Source: Acanthaster planci (Eukaryota). From it: a stretch of DNA of 64,000 nucleotides. Location of the stretch: assembly GCF_001949145.1 (NCBI RefSeq), contig NW_019091362.1:1123838-1187837 (forward strand). Reading direction: 5' to 3'. The position numbers were made by a program, and so were the translations under genes. Positions 22,001 to 35,400 of this stretch are shown here, in pieces (position 1 is the stretch's first letter; each line of letters opens with the position of its first letter). The notes under the pieces are model-generated. The model was not told where the DNA came from. It worked only from the letters and a program-made list of their open reading frames with translations, and ran no database searches.

Positions 22001-25000
22001 CAACCGACACTGGAGGAAGATGCCAGAGCATATCTCGGTCTGGTTGCCTCCCCCCATTACACCTATCCACTGGTGCTTGGGGATCCCAGTTGTTACTCCG
22101 CGACATCCCACCTGCGATATCTAGCTTCAATGCCACATCTAGCACCCGAGAAATCCTCGGGCACAGCACCATTAGCCCCTCTAGAACCTCTTACACAAAG
22201 CTCAGATGAGAAATCCAACACAATTAAGTCAGAAATTGCCCCAAAGAAAAACGGAATAGTTCGAGACTCTACTCTGGCCGAGCAGAGGCTGACGCATCCT
22301 GAGCCAATTCAAGGACAGTTGGCGCTTGTAGAATCTCACAGTGCAAAGCATGAAGGTTTTCCCAGTAAATCTGGACGCAATGCAGTTCTCCAGTACCAGA
22401 ATGGTGCCAAAGTTCTCTTAAGTGTCTCTCAGAGAAATTTCAGGGACAGGGCCCACATACACACGCCCTCACCAGCGGAAGACGAGCTCGGTGCCCCCAG
22501 GAGTAAACGCAAGTGCAATTCTTACCCGCCAAGTAGCACAGTGAATGCAAAGAGCTCTGCCTCGAGTGGCAGTCTGAAAACGAGAATGCCATTGGGAGAT
22601 GCCATCACCATGGAGAAAGGACGCCATCTTGGATTAGAGCAAGATGGAATCAATACCGTGGACACCATTTGCGGAGCGTATGCGGAAGGAATGGAAGAAC
22701 AGTGGACCAATCTTGAGAACATTCTCCTGGCTGCTGTTAGGAAGCAGATACCGGAAGAAATTCCCAACTCTCTCCAAACCTCTCAGGTTGGCTCATTTCA
22801 GTGCCATTTTCTCTGTTTCTTTGTCCTGAATAAAGCTAATGTGATAAAAGTGCACTCACTGAAACCTAACGTGTCGGTTTAGCTGGTCTCAGTCTCACTG
22901 TGGATCACAGGGAACAGTTGGACAGCAGCCAAGTTGGGACACTTTCAACAAAAATATTTAGTGAACTTCCTGCATTTACTCCTTAGTACGATTCAAATAC
23001 ATTCATTTAGACAAGTCTGAAGTATTTTTTGTGGGATGTGCATTTATGGTTGTTCGTCCCTGTACTTTCATCCATGCTGTACAAAATTCAGTGAGAATGT
23101 AACCAGAGTTCAATTTTAGTGGAAAATCTTTATCTTGGTAAAGTCATTTTGTAGTGTGTTGTGAAATTCATGACCAGACCTCAGTTTTCGGGATAAATGT
23201 CTGTCAATGCTCACCTCACTGCTCAAAGATCTTGGTAAGTTCACCTACCAGATCACACTCAATATCTGTTTTTTTTTCTGCTATGTCATCCAATAGAAAG
23301 CAGAGAATCATTCCTCGGAGAACAGCAATCTAGAGACCAGCCGAGAGGAAGCCTTCTCCAATCGTTTTTCCCCTGCTATCGGTCGCATTGTGGCCTTCAC
23401 CAAATCCATCCCAGGATTCAGCGACATCCCACACTCAGATCAGGTGAGGACAAATAGACTTCAGGCCTTCATACAGTTTTGTTCAGGTTACACCCGGCGG
23501 TATGCTGTATGGTACCCTATGTGTGGCAGACGTAGGCCAAATTTCATGGTATTAAATTCAGGAACTTACCAGGCACAGAAAACGTGTTGAGCAAAAGCAG
23601 GTTGTTGGCCCAAGTGCTTGGCATTGCATGTTTCTTTTGGCTCTTTCTTACCTGATTACACAGATTTCTTCTCAACAGCTCTTCGACATCAGGCCTCGAA
23701 ATTGCATTCTGGATGAGAGTGGTCATGATCAGTTTTCGGCTGAATGTGCACAGACCTGAAGCACCCTATTACAGAGATGGCACATTGCTCCGTGGCTGTG
23801 GATTAGTACCACAGATCACAGATCACTAGCTGTAGTGCCTTTGCTGCTTGAGATAGGAAAGAGGAATGACCCACCAGCCTATAATAACAGACGCCAGGAC
23901 ATACATTTGTCAGTGGTATAGACTGGTGCTGTGATACAAATACAAGACTCAAAGCACCCCTCTTTAACAACAGTAAAATTATTGCTCAGCAAGCTCGGTT
24001 CTAAACCTGCTTTTGTCCAGCAAATATTCTCAGGGCTTACATGTTGCAATTTTCAAGCTTAGCAGGTGTAGGAAGATTGGCCCCAGCCAGGCATGATGAT
24101 AAAAAAAGTGATTGTGCTAGAGTTCGAAATTGTTGGCACCGGTACACTTTTGTACATAATTAGCATACAGTCAGTTAGAGAAAGCAATTTTTCTTATGTT
24201 TATGTTTTTCTCTTCTCCTCTTCTTTAGGTTGTCCTTCTGAAGGCTGGCTGTTTTGAGGTTTTGTTACTTCAGCTGTGTGAGATTCTGGATGTGAATCAG
24301 GACACTATCCATCTGGTTGGCCATAGGTTCGCAAGGGACAAGCTCCAAGAGACGAGTACGTCCTCCAGTTGATCTGTTTGCAAATTATGATTTTTAAAAT
24401 TTTGACTGTTTTCCTGATTTGGGTATGGATTGGGGGAAATTCTTGAATGGGTCATTGCGAAGCAGTTACAGTAAACATTAAAACATTTGATCCCAAGGGA
24501 CTGGTTTCAAGAAACCTCTTAGTGACAAGCAGATATTGCTGTGCTAACTACATTTGCAGCAGACAGAAATTGTACGAACTTAATGGTACATGTGCATGAG
24601 CAGTTTATTGCACTGCCAAGAACTGCAACTCCTTGACATGTAGGATGTCCTTTATTGCATGAACAGTTTCAATAAGTTTTTCCTCTGAACTCGGTATATT
24701 TTTATATGCTGTTTGCTGCATCTGAAACTCCTTGCTTCATCTGTGAAATGGACGCAAGTTCCGCTCGTAACAAACTGTGTGCTGGGGAGTGCAATCTGTA
24801 TGTTTGTCTATAATTCTCAATTGGCCACATGCTGATCCCACGTTTACTCATTTCTCTCTGTGACCACAGAGCTTGGGGGGCTGATGGACGCCATGTTCTC
24901 CGTTGCCGAGCAACTCAAAACCCTCCAGCTGACCCAGTCGGAGACGGTGCTCCTACATGTCGTTGTCTTGATCGCCTCAGGTGAGTTTGAGGACATTGGC

Positions 25001-25711
25001 AGGACCTCAGAGCCTGCTCTTTGTGTGGGTGTCAGCTCTATTCTGCTTGGATCCTTGCCAGAGTGCTGGGAATGATTTGAATTTCACTCAGTGCCCTTGT
25101 GTGTTGCAAGTATTCCAGCCTAATCTCTCTCTCTCCGAACTTGTTACTAAAATGGCAAAATTCTTCATGATCCAGACTAGCCCTAATCCCTGAGGCATAA
25201 TGCTGCTAAAAATCAAGTTTGTACTTCACTATTTAAGGAGCACTTTGTACTTTATTATTCAGAAGTAACTAAGGGCTGTGTGCAAAACATGGTGCCTGTA
25301 TCCTTCCTTCCTCAAACCCATCACATCCATCAAAACCTCCCAATGGATTTAAAAGATCCAGGAGGGTTAGTGGTAATGCTGGCATAACGTAATGGTTTCC
25401 CTGTCAGTGTTTTACATGACAGGCGGTGGCATGAACCAACCATTATCCAGACACTAGCGTAACCTGTTACTTTTTGTCCAAGATGACCACGAGTTTCGTT
25501 GTTGTTTTTTTCCCTGTCAGACCGCAAAGGTCTTGCAGACGCTGAAAGCACTCGTAGGCTCCAGACTCGACTACTAGGTCTCCTAGAGCGATATTTGTAT
25601 CTCAGCCATGGCTCAGACACGACCGTCTTCCACCGCTGCTTACAGATTGTCTTGGACCTACGCAACCTCAATGTGCAACATGCTGAAACTCTCCTTGCCT
25701 ACCAGTCTTGA
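7065..25711 (+). CDS. Nuclear hormone receptor, E75/Rev-erb-like (NR1D group, divergent), 644 aa
   Basis: Coding exons 7065-7107, 18833-18924, 20823-20967, 21708-22786, 23297-23443, 24229-24355, 24870-24980 and 25521-25711; all GT-AG and phase-compatible (1935 nt). C4 zinc fingers: [117 protein letters not shown] ... [17 protein letters not shown]. The ATG at 7065 has strong Kozak context (actATGG) and an in-frame upstream TAA at 7044. The first coding exon is the least certain. Confidence 0.93.
10919..11449. mobile_element. Fold-back MITE (about 250-bp arms) with TTAA TSD, Kolobok-like termini
   Basis: TTAA|agagcacctcta...tagaggcgctct|TTAA, with TSDs at 10915-10918 and 11450-11453. The arms are near-perfect reverse complements, e.g. 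atatggaagcatccaaatcgaatgcagtgt. Confidence 0.9.
11943..12436. mobile_element. Degenerate non-autonomous DNA element with caagt(c) subterminal repeats
   Basis: CAGTG start, clusters of caagtc near both ends, and a gacaactgtg end. Confidence 0.4.
14396..14643. mobile_element. MITE with 26-bp TIR and ATTT TSD (Sola1-like AWWT target)
   Basis: ATTT|gggtaattc.agaaattaggggtcca ... tggacccctaatttctggaattaccc|ATTT. Confidence 0.8.
15060..15236 (+). repeat. Interspersed repeat; other copies at about 58160-58323 and 58865-59027
   Basis: Shared gagggc.caatttt, tgaaatgcatgc and atgagggggtgcttctgctcaa. Confidence 0.75.
17993..18621. mobile_element. hAT-type MITE with perfect 8-bp TSD (spans an assembly gap)
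   Basis: AAGTTGAA|taaggct...cagcccta|AAGTTGAA, with TSDs at 17985-17992 and 18622-18629. Subterminal cgaatatt repeats. Confidence 0.8.
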
Positions 25712-26919
25712 TGTGCCGGATCTTCAAGACATCATTCCAAGGACCTCTGAAATAAATCAGTTGCGCCCGCTAAGTCATGTGACCTACAGTGGGTATCAAA
25801 TATCAACAAACATGGTGGCCCTCATTGCAAAGTATGTTTTAAGTATNNNNNNNNNNNNNNNNNNNNNNNNNNNNNNNNNNNNNNNNNNNNNNNNNNNNNN
25901 NNNNNNNNNNNNNNNNNNNNNNNNNNNNNNNNNNNNNNNNNNNNNNNNNNNNNNNNNNNNNNNNNNNNNNNNNNNNNNNNNNNNNNNNNNNNNNNNNNNN
26001 NNNNNNNNNNNNNNNNNNNNNNNNNNNNNNNNNNNNNNNNNNNNNNNNNNNNNNNNNNNNNNNNNNNNNNNNNNNNNNNNNNNNNNNNNNNNNNNNNNNN
26101 NNNNNNNNNNNNNNNNNNNNNNNNNNNNNNNNNNNNNNNNNNNNNNNNNNNNNNNNNNNNNNNNNNNNNNNNNNNNNNNNNNNNNNNNNNNNNNNNNNNN
26201 NNNNNNNNNNNNNNNNNNNNNNGAGTTCCTTTCTCTGACAGTAAGCCAAATCATACCTTCCCCGGTATGCATTGGTTCCCAAAATTAACCACTTCCTGCC
26301 GAGTGGAATTTGCATGTGCGGGATGAGTTCCCGGGGAATTTTCAAGATTTTCCATTTTGAAAATTCTTCAAAAATTCATAACTTCATTTACTATATGTAT
26401 AAACCCACACGCATGACTGGCTGGTGGCTACTCTAATCTGACAGGCAACCTCCATTGATGCCTGAGTATTTCAGCCAGGCCTGGCGCCGAGTGAAGAGAG
26501 CCCAGATTGTGCGATGTTGCGTAATTTCCTTTGTTCCCGAAATTGGCCCAGTGCGTTGCTGAATGCCAGTGGCATCTTTTCAAATGCGGCCGCATTAGCC
26601 TGCAGCGGTACTGTATTGCTCATCACTGGGGTGCTTTTGTTCCCGCTGATAATCCACTGGCACTGAATGCCACAAATAGTGATATACTGTTTCAAAACAA
26701 TAACGGATTACCACCGCTAATGCCAACTGAAAAATGATCGCAAATCCCAGCAGCTTGGTCTTTTGTTACAAGGCTCAGCTCTTTTGTCCGATTTCGGTAA
26801 CCCTTACCCCAGCTATACATACAAACCCAAAGTTCCAGTTCCAACTCCAGAGGCAAGTGGTTAACATGGATGAACAGTGCTTCCGAAGCAGTGAAATATG
26901 TTAACGTCAAGTGTTGTAT

Positions 26920-27071
26920 TAAACGAGTCACTAACTTAAGTGACTTGAGTCGAGTCACTTGGTCACAGAGACTTGAATTGAGTCGAGTCACTTAACTTGT
27001 CAGGACTCGCCAAAAATTGTGACTCAAATCAGACTCGCATCGAGTCACTGACTCGAGTCATTACAACTCTG
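26920..27071. mobile_element. Right end of a hAT-like element with gactcgagtc subterminal repeats; related to 54754-54916
   Basis: Repeated (tc)gagtca(c) motifs and a terminus ttacaactctg identical to the 54916 end. Confidence 0.6.
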
Positions 27072-30000
27072 GTTTACTTGTCTCATGATCTTTTCTTTGT
27101 AAAAAATGTAAATGCAGTGATGCGTGCCTTGTCGTTGGGGTGATACAGGCTTTTTCAGTTCTCAGTCTGTTATTTACGTAGTGCAGTGTCATCTTTCACA
27201 GTTGAAGCATGCGTTGGTCCACATACAGCTTCAAAAGGCCTTCAAAGGACCTTAACGTCATTTAGGGCAGAACGCTCTGCAGGTGCAGAGCCTTAATGTA
27301 TATAGACTTCATTCACGAGGTGGCCATATTTAATTGAAAGCAAAGTAAAGTCTTCATTTTGGGAAGTTGAGTCTAGAAATAAATGCAATAAAATTACATT
27401 AGATTGCAAAATCAATACCTGTCTACTCTGACAAATATATTATGTACAATTTGTCATTAAAACGTGCCTTAATGTTTTCAGTCTCAATTGAAATTGATCA
27501 ATTGAAATCAATTGAAATGGAGGCTTGGCATGCACTCTAATTATGAAATAGTCTGGCACCATCTCATTTATCAGTTTACAATTTGTGTAATAGGTTCAGG
27601 GAACACAATTAAACATAGATTGCACGTGAATTTGTCTGTTATGATTGCCGGGTCTTTCATGAAACTTATCCTTGGCTTGGAACCATCTGTGATAGATTAA
27701 TAACTGAAATGGTTAGTGCCGACTTCAAAGTACATCTCTTTTTAGGAAACAGTTGTGGTGTTATTGTTGTTGGCTTTTTTATGGGATCGCCAAGTAATTT
27801 ATTGCACCGGTCCTGAGAGGCGAACTCGTTCCAAGAATTTTTCATCATCAAATTTGCTGTTGAATGAAGTATTTTATTTTATTTCGAGCCATAAAGTGTA
27901 CATATTTGAAATAGCATTCTGTTTTGACCGAGTTTATTATTTATTGACTGTTCTTAATGAGAAGCAGAAGTTGTCTTTTATAAGGAATTCAGACTTCAAA
28001 GTCCTGCCACTCTGTGAGATTGAAAGCCATCTGACTTCTGAATGCCATGAAGGATGTTCTGATTAATTATAGCTTTTGTGTAAATTATGTAATGAATCTT
28101 GCTCATCAAGATGTGATTTAATACACAAACATGCACTAGCAATGCAATACACTTCCAAAGATATTTAAAACAATCTTTAAATACATGTGTAGTGTTGTCC
28201 TTAATATCTTCGTTCTTGTGAGCTCAAGCAATATGCTTTTAGAAAGGATGTGAGGAATAAGTAATAGAATGGACCATATTTGTTCAAGTAATTTGACTGA
28301 TTTGTAGTTTGTCTTTTTTTTTCATTGTATGTTGATAGTTACGATGAATTTTGTTTGCAGTTTTAACTATGTACTTAGGTATGATTCTTTTTAGAAGAAT
28401 GTCATTCTGATTGGCTCAGTTTATGTAGTTTTTGATTATGTAGTCCATAAAGACATATTCTGCTGCAGATCTTTTTCCTTTTAATATCGGAACAAGGTAC
28501 TGATATAAAGAAGTTATGCAATTGTAATTTATAATAAGTGGGAATTTTAAATAGAAAATGTTGTATGTGAAATATATACTCAGCAATAACAAAATGCTTG
28601 AACATTTCAATAATTCAAAAGCACTTTTCGCTGGCAGAGTGTAATATATGACTTGGGGTGTGTTGTAACAGTTTTTTCTAGCATTTTGTAAACACTGAAC
28701 TGCAAAAAAAACCAAGCAAATGACATTGAAATAAGTTTCTATACAGTATTTGTGCCTTAAATTATCACTGACTGACTTTTCTAATAAAAAAGTATATGGG
28801 AAATGCTGCTTTGTCTTATTCCATTTGTTACACCTTTGTTTGTTGTTTAGGAATGAAAATATTACCTGTAATTTCAAATGGGAATGGAAAGGAGGGGACA
28901 GTCTATAACTTTCCAACAACCAAGTGTGATGTTCCAAAATATACCAGCCGAATGTTCACATCTAAAGCAGGGATTGTGCCTACCAAGTCGCATGGGGGGT
29001 ACCCCTTGGTCTCATTTCTTGCTGGGTATAATGCTAGCAGGTATATAAATACTGTGAAGATCAGAAAAGTGAACCAAAGTTTCCAAGTACGGGGGAGTTA
29101 CATTTGGTTCAGTGTGAGGGTAGTGTAAATGGGGTAATGCAGAGCTTTGAGGGGTGGAATGGACTACAGTGTAATGTAATATGCAGTTGTGTGGCGTTGT
29201 ACCAGAGTGTAGTGGCGTGTGATGCAAGATGAAGTGTTACATAGTGTAGTGTCTAACAACTTATTTCTAGAGCTCTTGCTCATGAAAACTGTAAAAAATT
29301 TCACAAAGGCAAAACTATGCACAGACAAAAAGAATACTCTTAAGAAGCCATCTTCATTTATAGCAAATAGTTTTAATTGACCATTGATTAACACCAAGAT
29401 ACTTTCTGTTGGCACTGTATGTACATATTTTATATATATATTTGTCAAGGTCAAATGTCAAACTCCAACCAAACTTAAACGCCCTATGTCCCACTATGAA
29501 AAAAGTCAAGACAAGCAACTGCATTTGTATATGTACCTGCAACACTTGAGTAGAGCAGAAATTTCACATCACCAGCATTCACTTGTGTTGCTGCATTAGA
29601 TTGGGGGAACTGACTGTCAGTCCAAGTGAGCATTGCTCACAAATCTTGTTACTAACAAAGCCAAATACGCCTCTTCTGTGTGTCGCAATCAATGCCAACT
29701 ACGTGAAACCTTCCTCTTTTCTGAAACACCACTTACTCCTAATTGTTCCTTTCAAATTGTTCCCATTACAAAACCAGAGTAGCTGGAGGCAGTTCTAATG
29801 GGAGTGATATGCACCGTCATCAAACCCTGTAGGCCGATACAACAGCTTCCATGGAGTAAGTATCTCAGTGACTGACAGAAAGGTTTGGATAGTAAAAAGA
29901 GTGCCCCGAAGTTCACTCTCAGAAGTTGCGCATGTAGGTAACTGCAAGGCTCAAAATCTTGCGCCAGTGGTGCACTACTTAATTGTCACATATTCCAAAA

Positions 30001-32499
30001 TGGAAGCAACAGGAAAAGGAAAAATGCAGGAATGGAAATCAACTTTGGCTTTTTTTGCTAATTTTTTTTCTAAATTATATCACCCACTTCTACAACAACA
30101 AGTTAATTTCTACATCGATATATATCTCTTCTTAATATCCAAATGCACTAGAATGCAACATATTTCAACCTTTCTGCCTCACAGAAACTGAAAATGAAGA
30201 GTCAACTTTGCCTTGCCAAGTAAAGGTTGGAATTTGACATCTTACAATAAAACCCAAACAAATGAAATTACATGTACATAAAAACATATTCCATGCAGTA
30301 ATATGCACTATTTTAACACGTAACTATAAAATAACCACTAGCGAAAGAGTGGTTCTCAAAGTCTGTCATGAACAATCCGACAAAAATAAAAACTACTGCG
30401 GCATCCACAACCATTCACAATCCATGCAGATTGACCTCTCTTGACCTGGGCTTACTCAGCCTGATAGAAACTATAGAAGACTGGAAGGGCATGGTAGTGA
30501 TACTCAGGTTGAAGACAGAAAAAGGTGAAGAAAAAAAATTCATTTCTTTTTTTTTTTTACAGATTAAATGAATAAAAGGGGCGCAGGATTTCTTGAATCT
30601 TTAAATGCATTACCTTCTACAGGGAAGGCCATGTAAGGCCTGCCCTGGTCTTATGTTGTGGCAATGAATCAAATTGCCCAGATAAGGTATGACCATTAGA
30701 CCCTATTTCCCTTATTATTACGTGTCTAACATTTACAAGTGCACAACAGAGCCGACCGCCAAATTGTGTAAGGTGGAGAATCCTTTTCAACTCTTCATTG
30801 TGCAACTTGTTTCACATCCAACGAGAAGAGCAGTTGGATATTATGAAATACAAAACATTTCTTCAGTTACATAAGCCTTACTGAGGCAACACTTTCCTTT
30901 TCCCTTTTTTTTACGGTGATGTAAAAAACTGCTCCCATGTATGTCGTTCAAATGTCATTTTATCTCTTGCACACAGAAATCTTACAGAGTATCTTATTAT
31001 GAAACTAAGTGTCTTAGGTATCAAATCAAATGGATCTTACAATTCCAGCTATCAAATTGCTTTTCAATAAAAGGAAACAAATAGGCAGTAATGAAGACAA
31101 CCTCTGCCTGTATTTGACAAATAGAAATAATTGTCTTTGTTTGCACAAAAAGGATCAAAAACAAAACAAAAACTGTTGGGTACCGCCATCTCAAATGTCC
31201 TCAAATTTGGTTGTGAGATGTAGTCAGAGTAGACAACATCACTCACAAGCAATATGGTAAGAGAAAAGCCCATCACATTTAATTCCCTGATGCTCTGAAA
31301 AATAAAGCAGGCTCTGAAAATCAAATTGAATGGAAAAATGGATCATGTATCAAACACAGCTTTACAATGCTGAATGGACAGGGACTCAAAAACAGGAAAT
31401 CTGGACACCTGACAACAGGCTGACGCACGCATTACTGCATGGAAATAACCTTGAATATATGCTTCTCTTGAAATACATTCTCATGTGAGCAAGTGTGGTT
31501 CTTGCAGAGAGGTTAGAGGAGTAGAGCTGGCTGGGGAATTTGGCTCCAACAATCTCAGCTGAACCACCGAAGAATCTGCCCTTTCTAGTGCTGAAATGTC
31601 CTGAGACTTTGTTGCAAATAAAAACTTCGCAACATTTTCCAAAATTTCAGAAATTCCCCCCCCCCCGAATATTATAAACTACCTGTTTTCTTTTCTTTTT
31701 CCCCCCAACCGATTCCCCCAAAGGTCTGACATTCAGATCCTAACTGACAAATGATCAGACTTTCTTTAATCCCTTCTGACATTATCAGTAGGGCCACGTC
31801 TGCAATGTGGACACGAGTCTGACCAATGTACAAGTCTGTTACAAACTTCTCATATACTAAAATACTTGTAGATTGGAGACATTAACAAAATTGACAGCAA
31901 GCGTGGCTTTCCTTTTAAGATAGGAGTCTGCATTAACAGCATATCTTAAATATTAGTGAGTAATTTGGAATAATAAATAATTGGTAGTTTACAAATTGGA
32001 GTTATTTTACACCCAAAAATTTGAGGGTTTTGGAAAGGAATAACAAGGTTAGGGCAGACAAATCATTGACTAAAAAAAATGGGACTTTCACTCTTTCTTT
32101 ATCCCGTAATCTTCTCATGAACACAGCTCTTGTCTCAAGCCAGCAGACAAGACTGTCACTTTCTAGAACTATCAGTAGTAGGACCTCATCCCAAACCGAC
32201 AGGTGCCCTCAAGCAATTTCTGAACTGATAGATTATGAATACAGTTCATCAGTTTGAAAATGCTAGTATTCTACCAGGGCTGCGTTTTCCCCCGGGGTAC
32301 CTGCTGTCAAAAGCCAGTCCCCCAGATTTGATATCCTATTTGTAGGAGACTGCATTTTCTATGATTAAATATACACAATTAAGTTTTGTTTTTAATGGCG
32401 ATAGCATTGTATTTATATACATCAGGAGACGTGCAGAAGATTGACACTGTGCCACAGAATCAGGGAAGGAGGAGGAAGGGGTGGGCAGGACAGAATCAT

Positions 32500-35400
32500 T
32501 TATGAACAGCAACTCCCACCGCCCTGCTTTGGTGCCTCCTCATCATCTACGATGGTGACCGTCTTTCTTGAAGACCTTGACGATGATGTGCCTCTCCCTA
32601 GATCATCTGAAGGCGTTGATTCTAGCATTCCTGCAAACACAGAGAGCATGGCATGCTTAAATATCGCTTTCTTTTTGTACTGCAGTACATGACACTATTC
32701 TTGTGAGCTAAATGTATTTGATACAACTCAGTGGTAAAACAATATCCTGTCATGTGCCTGGAAGAAAGGGCATTCACCCTTCTTTTCTGATACAACTTAC
32801 AATGCAAGCAGTTGACTTAATGACACATTTCGCCAAGCAGTAGACTAACAATGGTTAACCCATGGTTTGACTTCATGTGCATGGAATCAATCAAATGTAC
32901 ACAAATGTGGCAAAGTTCTTACTCTGTGGTCTAATTCACCTATTGAAGTTTGCTGCAAGGCAGGTTACCAACAGTCAAACGCACCCTCATGTGCATCAGG
33001 GGATCAGAACTATGAGTTGCTGTGGCGATGTTTGACATCATACACAATCTGACAAAGCTTTGTTTTTTATCCAGTTGACAACGTGCACGTGTGACCAGCA
33101 AACTATGGTTGGTCGGTCTGCTGGTAACAAATAGCCATGCACATCCCAACGTGCAACAGGTGGCCAGGACTGCGAGTTGCCATGGCAATGTCTGACCATA
33201 GACAATTCAACCAGGGCCAGTCAAATGATTCACTGGAGTACAATGAGGTTTAGCATTCTCTAACAGCAAACAGGAATCACCAAGGGATAGGTTTACACTT
33301 CTGGACAGATTAGACGGGTTCTTGCTTGCCCTCTAGCATTTGTTTGTGGAGTCCACAGACTTGTACAATGCTTGACTTTAGAGGAAACACTGACCACTTT
33401 TCTTGCAGAAAACTGGCAGAAAAGTTTCAAAAAGGAATTTAGAAGATTGTAATCACTGTAATACTCGTAGTAGCAATCTGAGTTTTCAGGAATGCTCATT
33501 TCCTTAAAGGGCAAATCTTGGGGGATACAGCAGACCGGTATAAAGTTACGCAGTGATGGCCATATTTGTTCACTTCCTGGAATTTCCCAAACTTTACAGC
33601 AGCCCTACAACAAACTGATGTCACAGTCAACTATTTAGGAGGGGGCGTTTGGGGGTTATGAGTTGGGGGTTATGAAGCCTGATTCTCACTCTAAACCTAC
33701 ACTGCTATTCAGAGTGAAAAGCCCATTTTTATTTCCCAGATGTTTGGGGAAATTTCAGCCATCATCTCTACACTCCATCCGTGAAAATGTCCAAGGCTGT
33801 TGGATAAAATGGAACCTTCTCAATTGGGTACCAATTAGTGAACTGCCCTCCACCTCAGTCCACGCAAGAGCAAACTACTTACTTTTACTAAGGTCCAAAA
33901 ACATCTCCTCGATGCCTTTGTTGAGTTTTGCTGACGTTAGGTAATGTTTTGCACCAACTTGAGCAGCATAGCTACAGGTAAAATGAGTAGGGAAGTGAAC
34001 ACACAAACAGAAACACAAAAAACATAAACTAATCCATGACACACTGCAAACTTCTTCCTGATTACTTTATGTATTCCTAAACTTACTTGTATCCCAGGAT
34101 GCCACACGAATACAATTTGCGTTACAGAGCATCCCAGAGCAAATTTTATCACCGACAGGGGTCCAAGAATCACACAAATTGGTCAGTAATAATGCACAAC
34201 ACAGACTACAGTTTTCAGAACCCAGTGTGGCGTCATTTTACAATGTCCAATTTCACTGGCAGCAAACCCCTCTGCTACCCTGTCACATTAAGCAGTCCAG
34301 AATGACATTCCACACCCCCTCTAACATTCTGCCGAGATATTTCATCTCAGCATTTTACCTTGATTTATCTGAAGTGTAGCTACTGCCAACATGGGGGACG
34401 CCCGAGACACTAAGGAGTGGCAAACAAACTGGTCCCACATGACCAGTCCACTACTGTTGACATCATTTTCAACATGCACATGTTAAGCTCCAGAGTAACA
34501 CAAATAGTGGACCAGTAAGTAATGTAATGTTTGCTGCCACCAAGTGTCCCAATGTCTCTCACTGCAATTTAAAGATTTCGTTTTGAGGAACATTAAGCTT
34601 AAATCAAAGAGAAATTCACAGACTATAAAAGTTAGATTGCTTCATTTTATACTTACGCCTCTGCCTCCCCAATGGACACATTTCTTTGTTTTTCAAGATC
34701 TATCTTGTTTCCTAAAGAAGGAAAAACAAACAAAACATTATGCTACAGCCCCGAAATAATGCAACGATCAACCCAAAAAAATCAATCAAAATCAACAATA
34801 ACAAGTATTTGTGAGATTTGAAGTTTCTTCATGGTGAAGGTGGCAAGTTCAGTAATAGGTTTGCAATAGCACCATGCAAAACTGTCTCAACCCAAGGGTG
34901 CTCAAGCAGAACAGGGGGATGTAAGATAATCAGTGAAGTGTGTCCGTCTGAAGGATGGGGAGTGCGGGGGATGGTTGCCAAGGGTAAGGGAGTAAGCATT
35001 CTCTCCACACCCCACCGCCTCCATGGCTACACCAATGGAATCCCCACAGTCTCCTGATGACGGACAGAGCATACTCTCCGAAACGTTGAGTACAGTTGGG
35101 TTCTTTTCAGAACCGCACATTCACAAAAGACATATTTCGCATGAAGCTCGTACCAACTTGTTACATAAAAAATGGTTTTGTCGACAATACTGAGCTTTAG
35201 AATGAACGGAACACATTTATTCAGTGACTCACCTGCTATACAAAGACAAATTTCATTTCCCAACATCTTCTTCAGCTCCTTCACCCAGTTTTTGACCTGT
35301 AGGCAAAGCATGAACATCAAATGTTAAATCAAAGTGCATTTTCATGTCACGGCATCTCAACGCAGAGACAATGATGATGACTGTAGGGCTATTATGTAAA

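Noticed and set aside
26471..26737. GC-richer ORFs downstream of the receptor stop, as an alternative AF-2 exon
   Set aside because: No nuclear-receptor similarity in the frames examined; probably 3' UTR or repeat.
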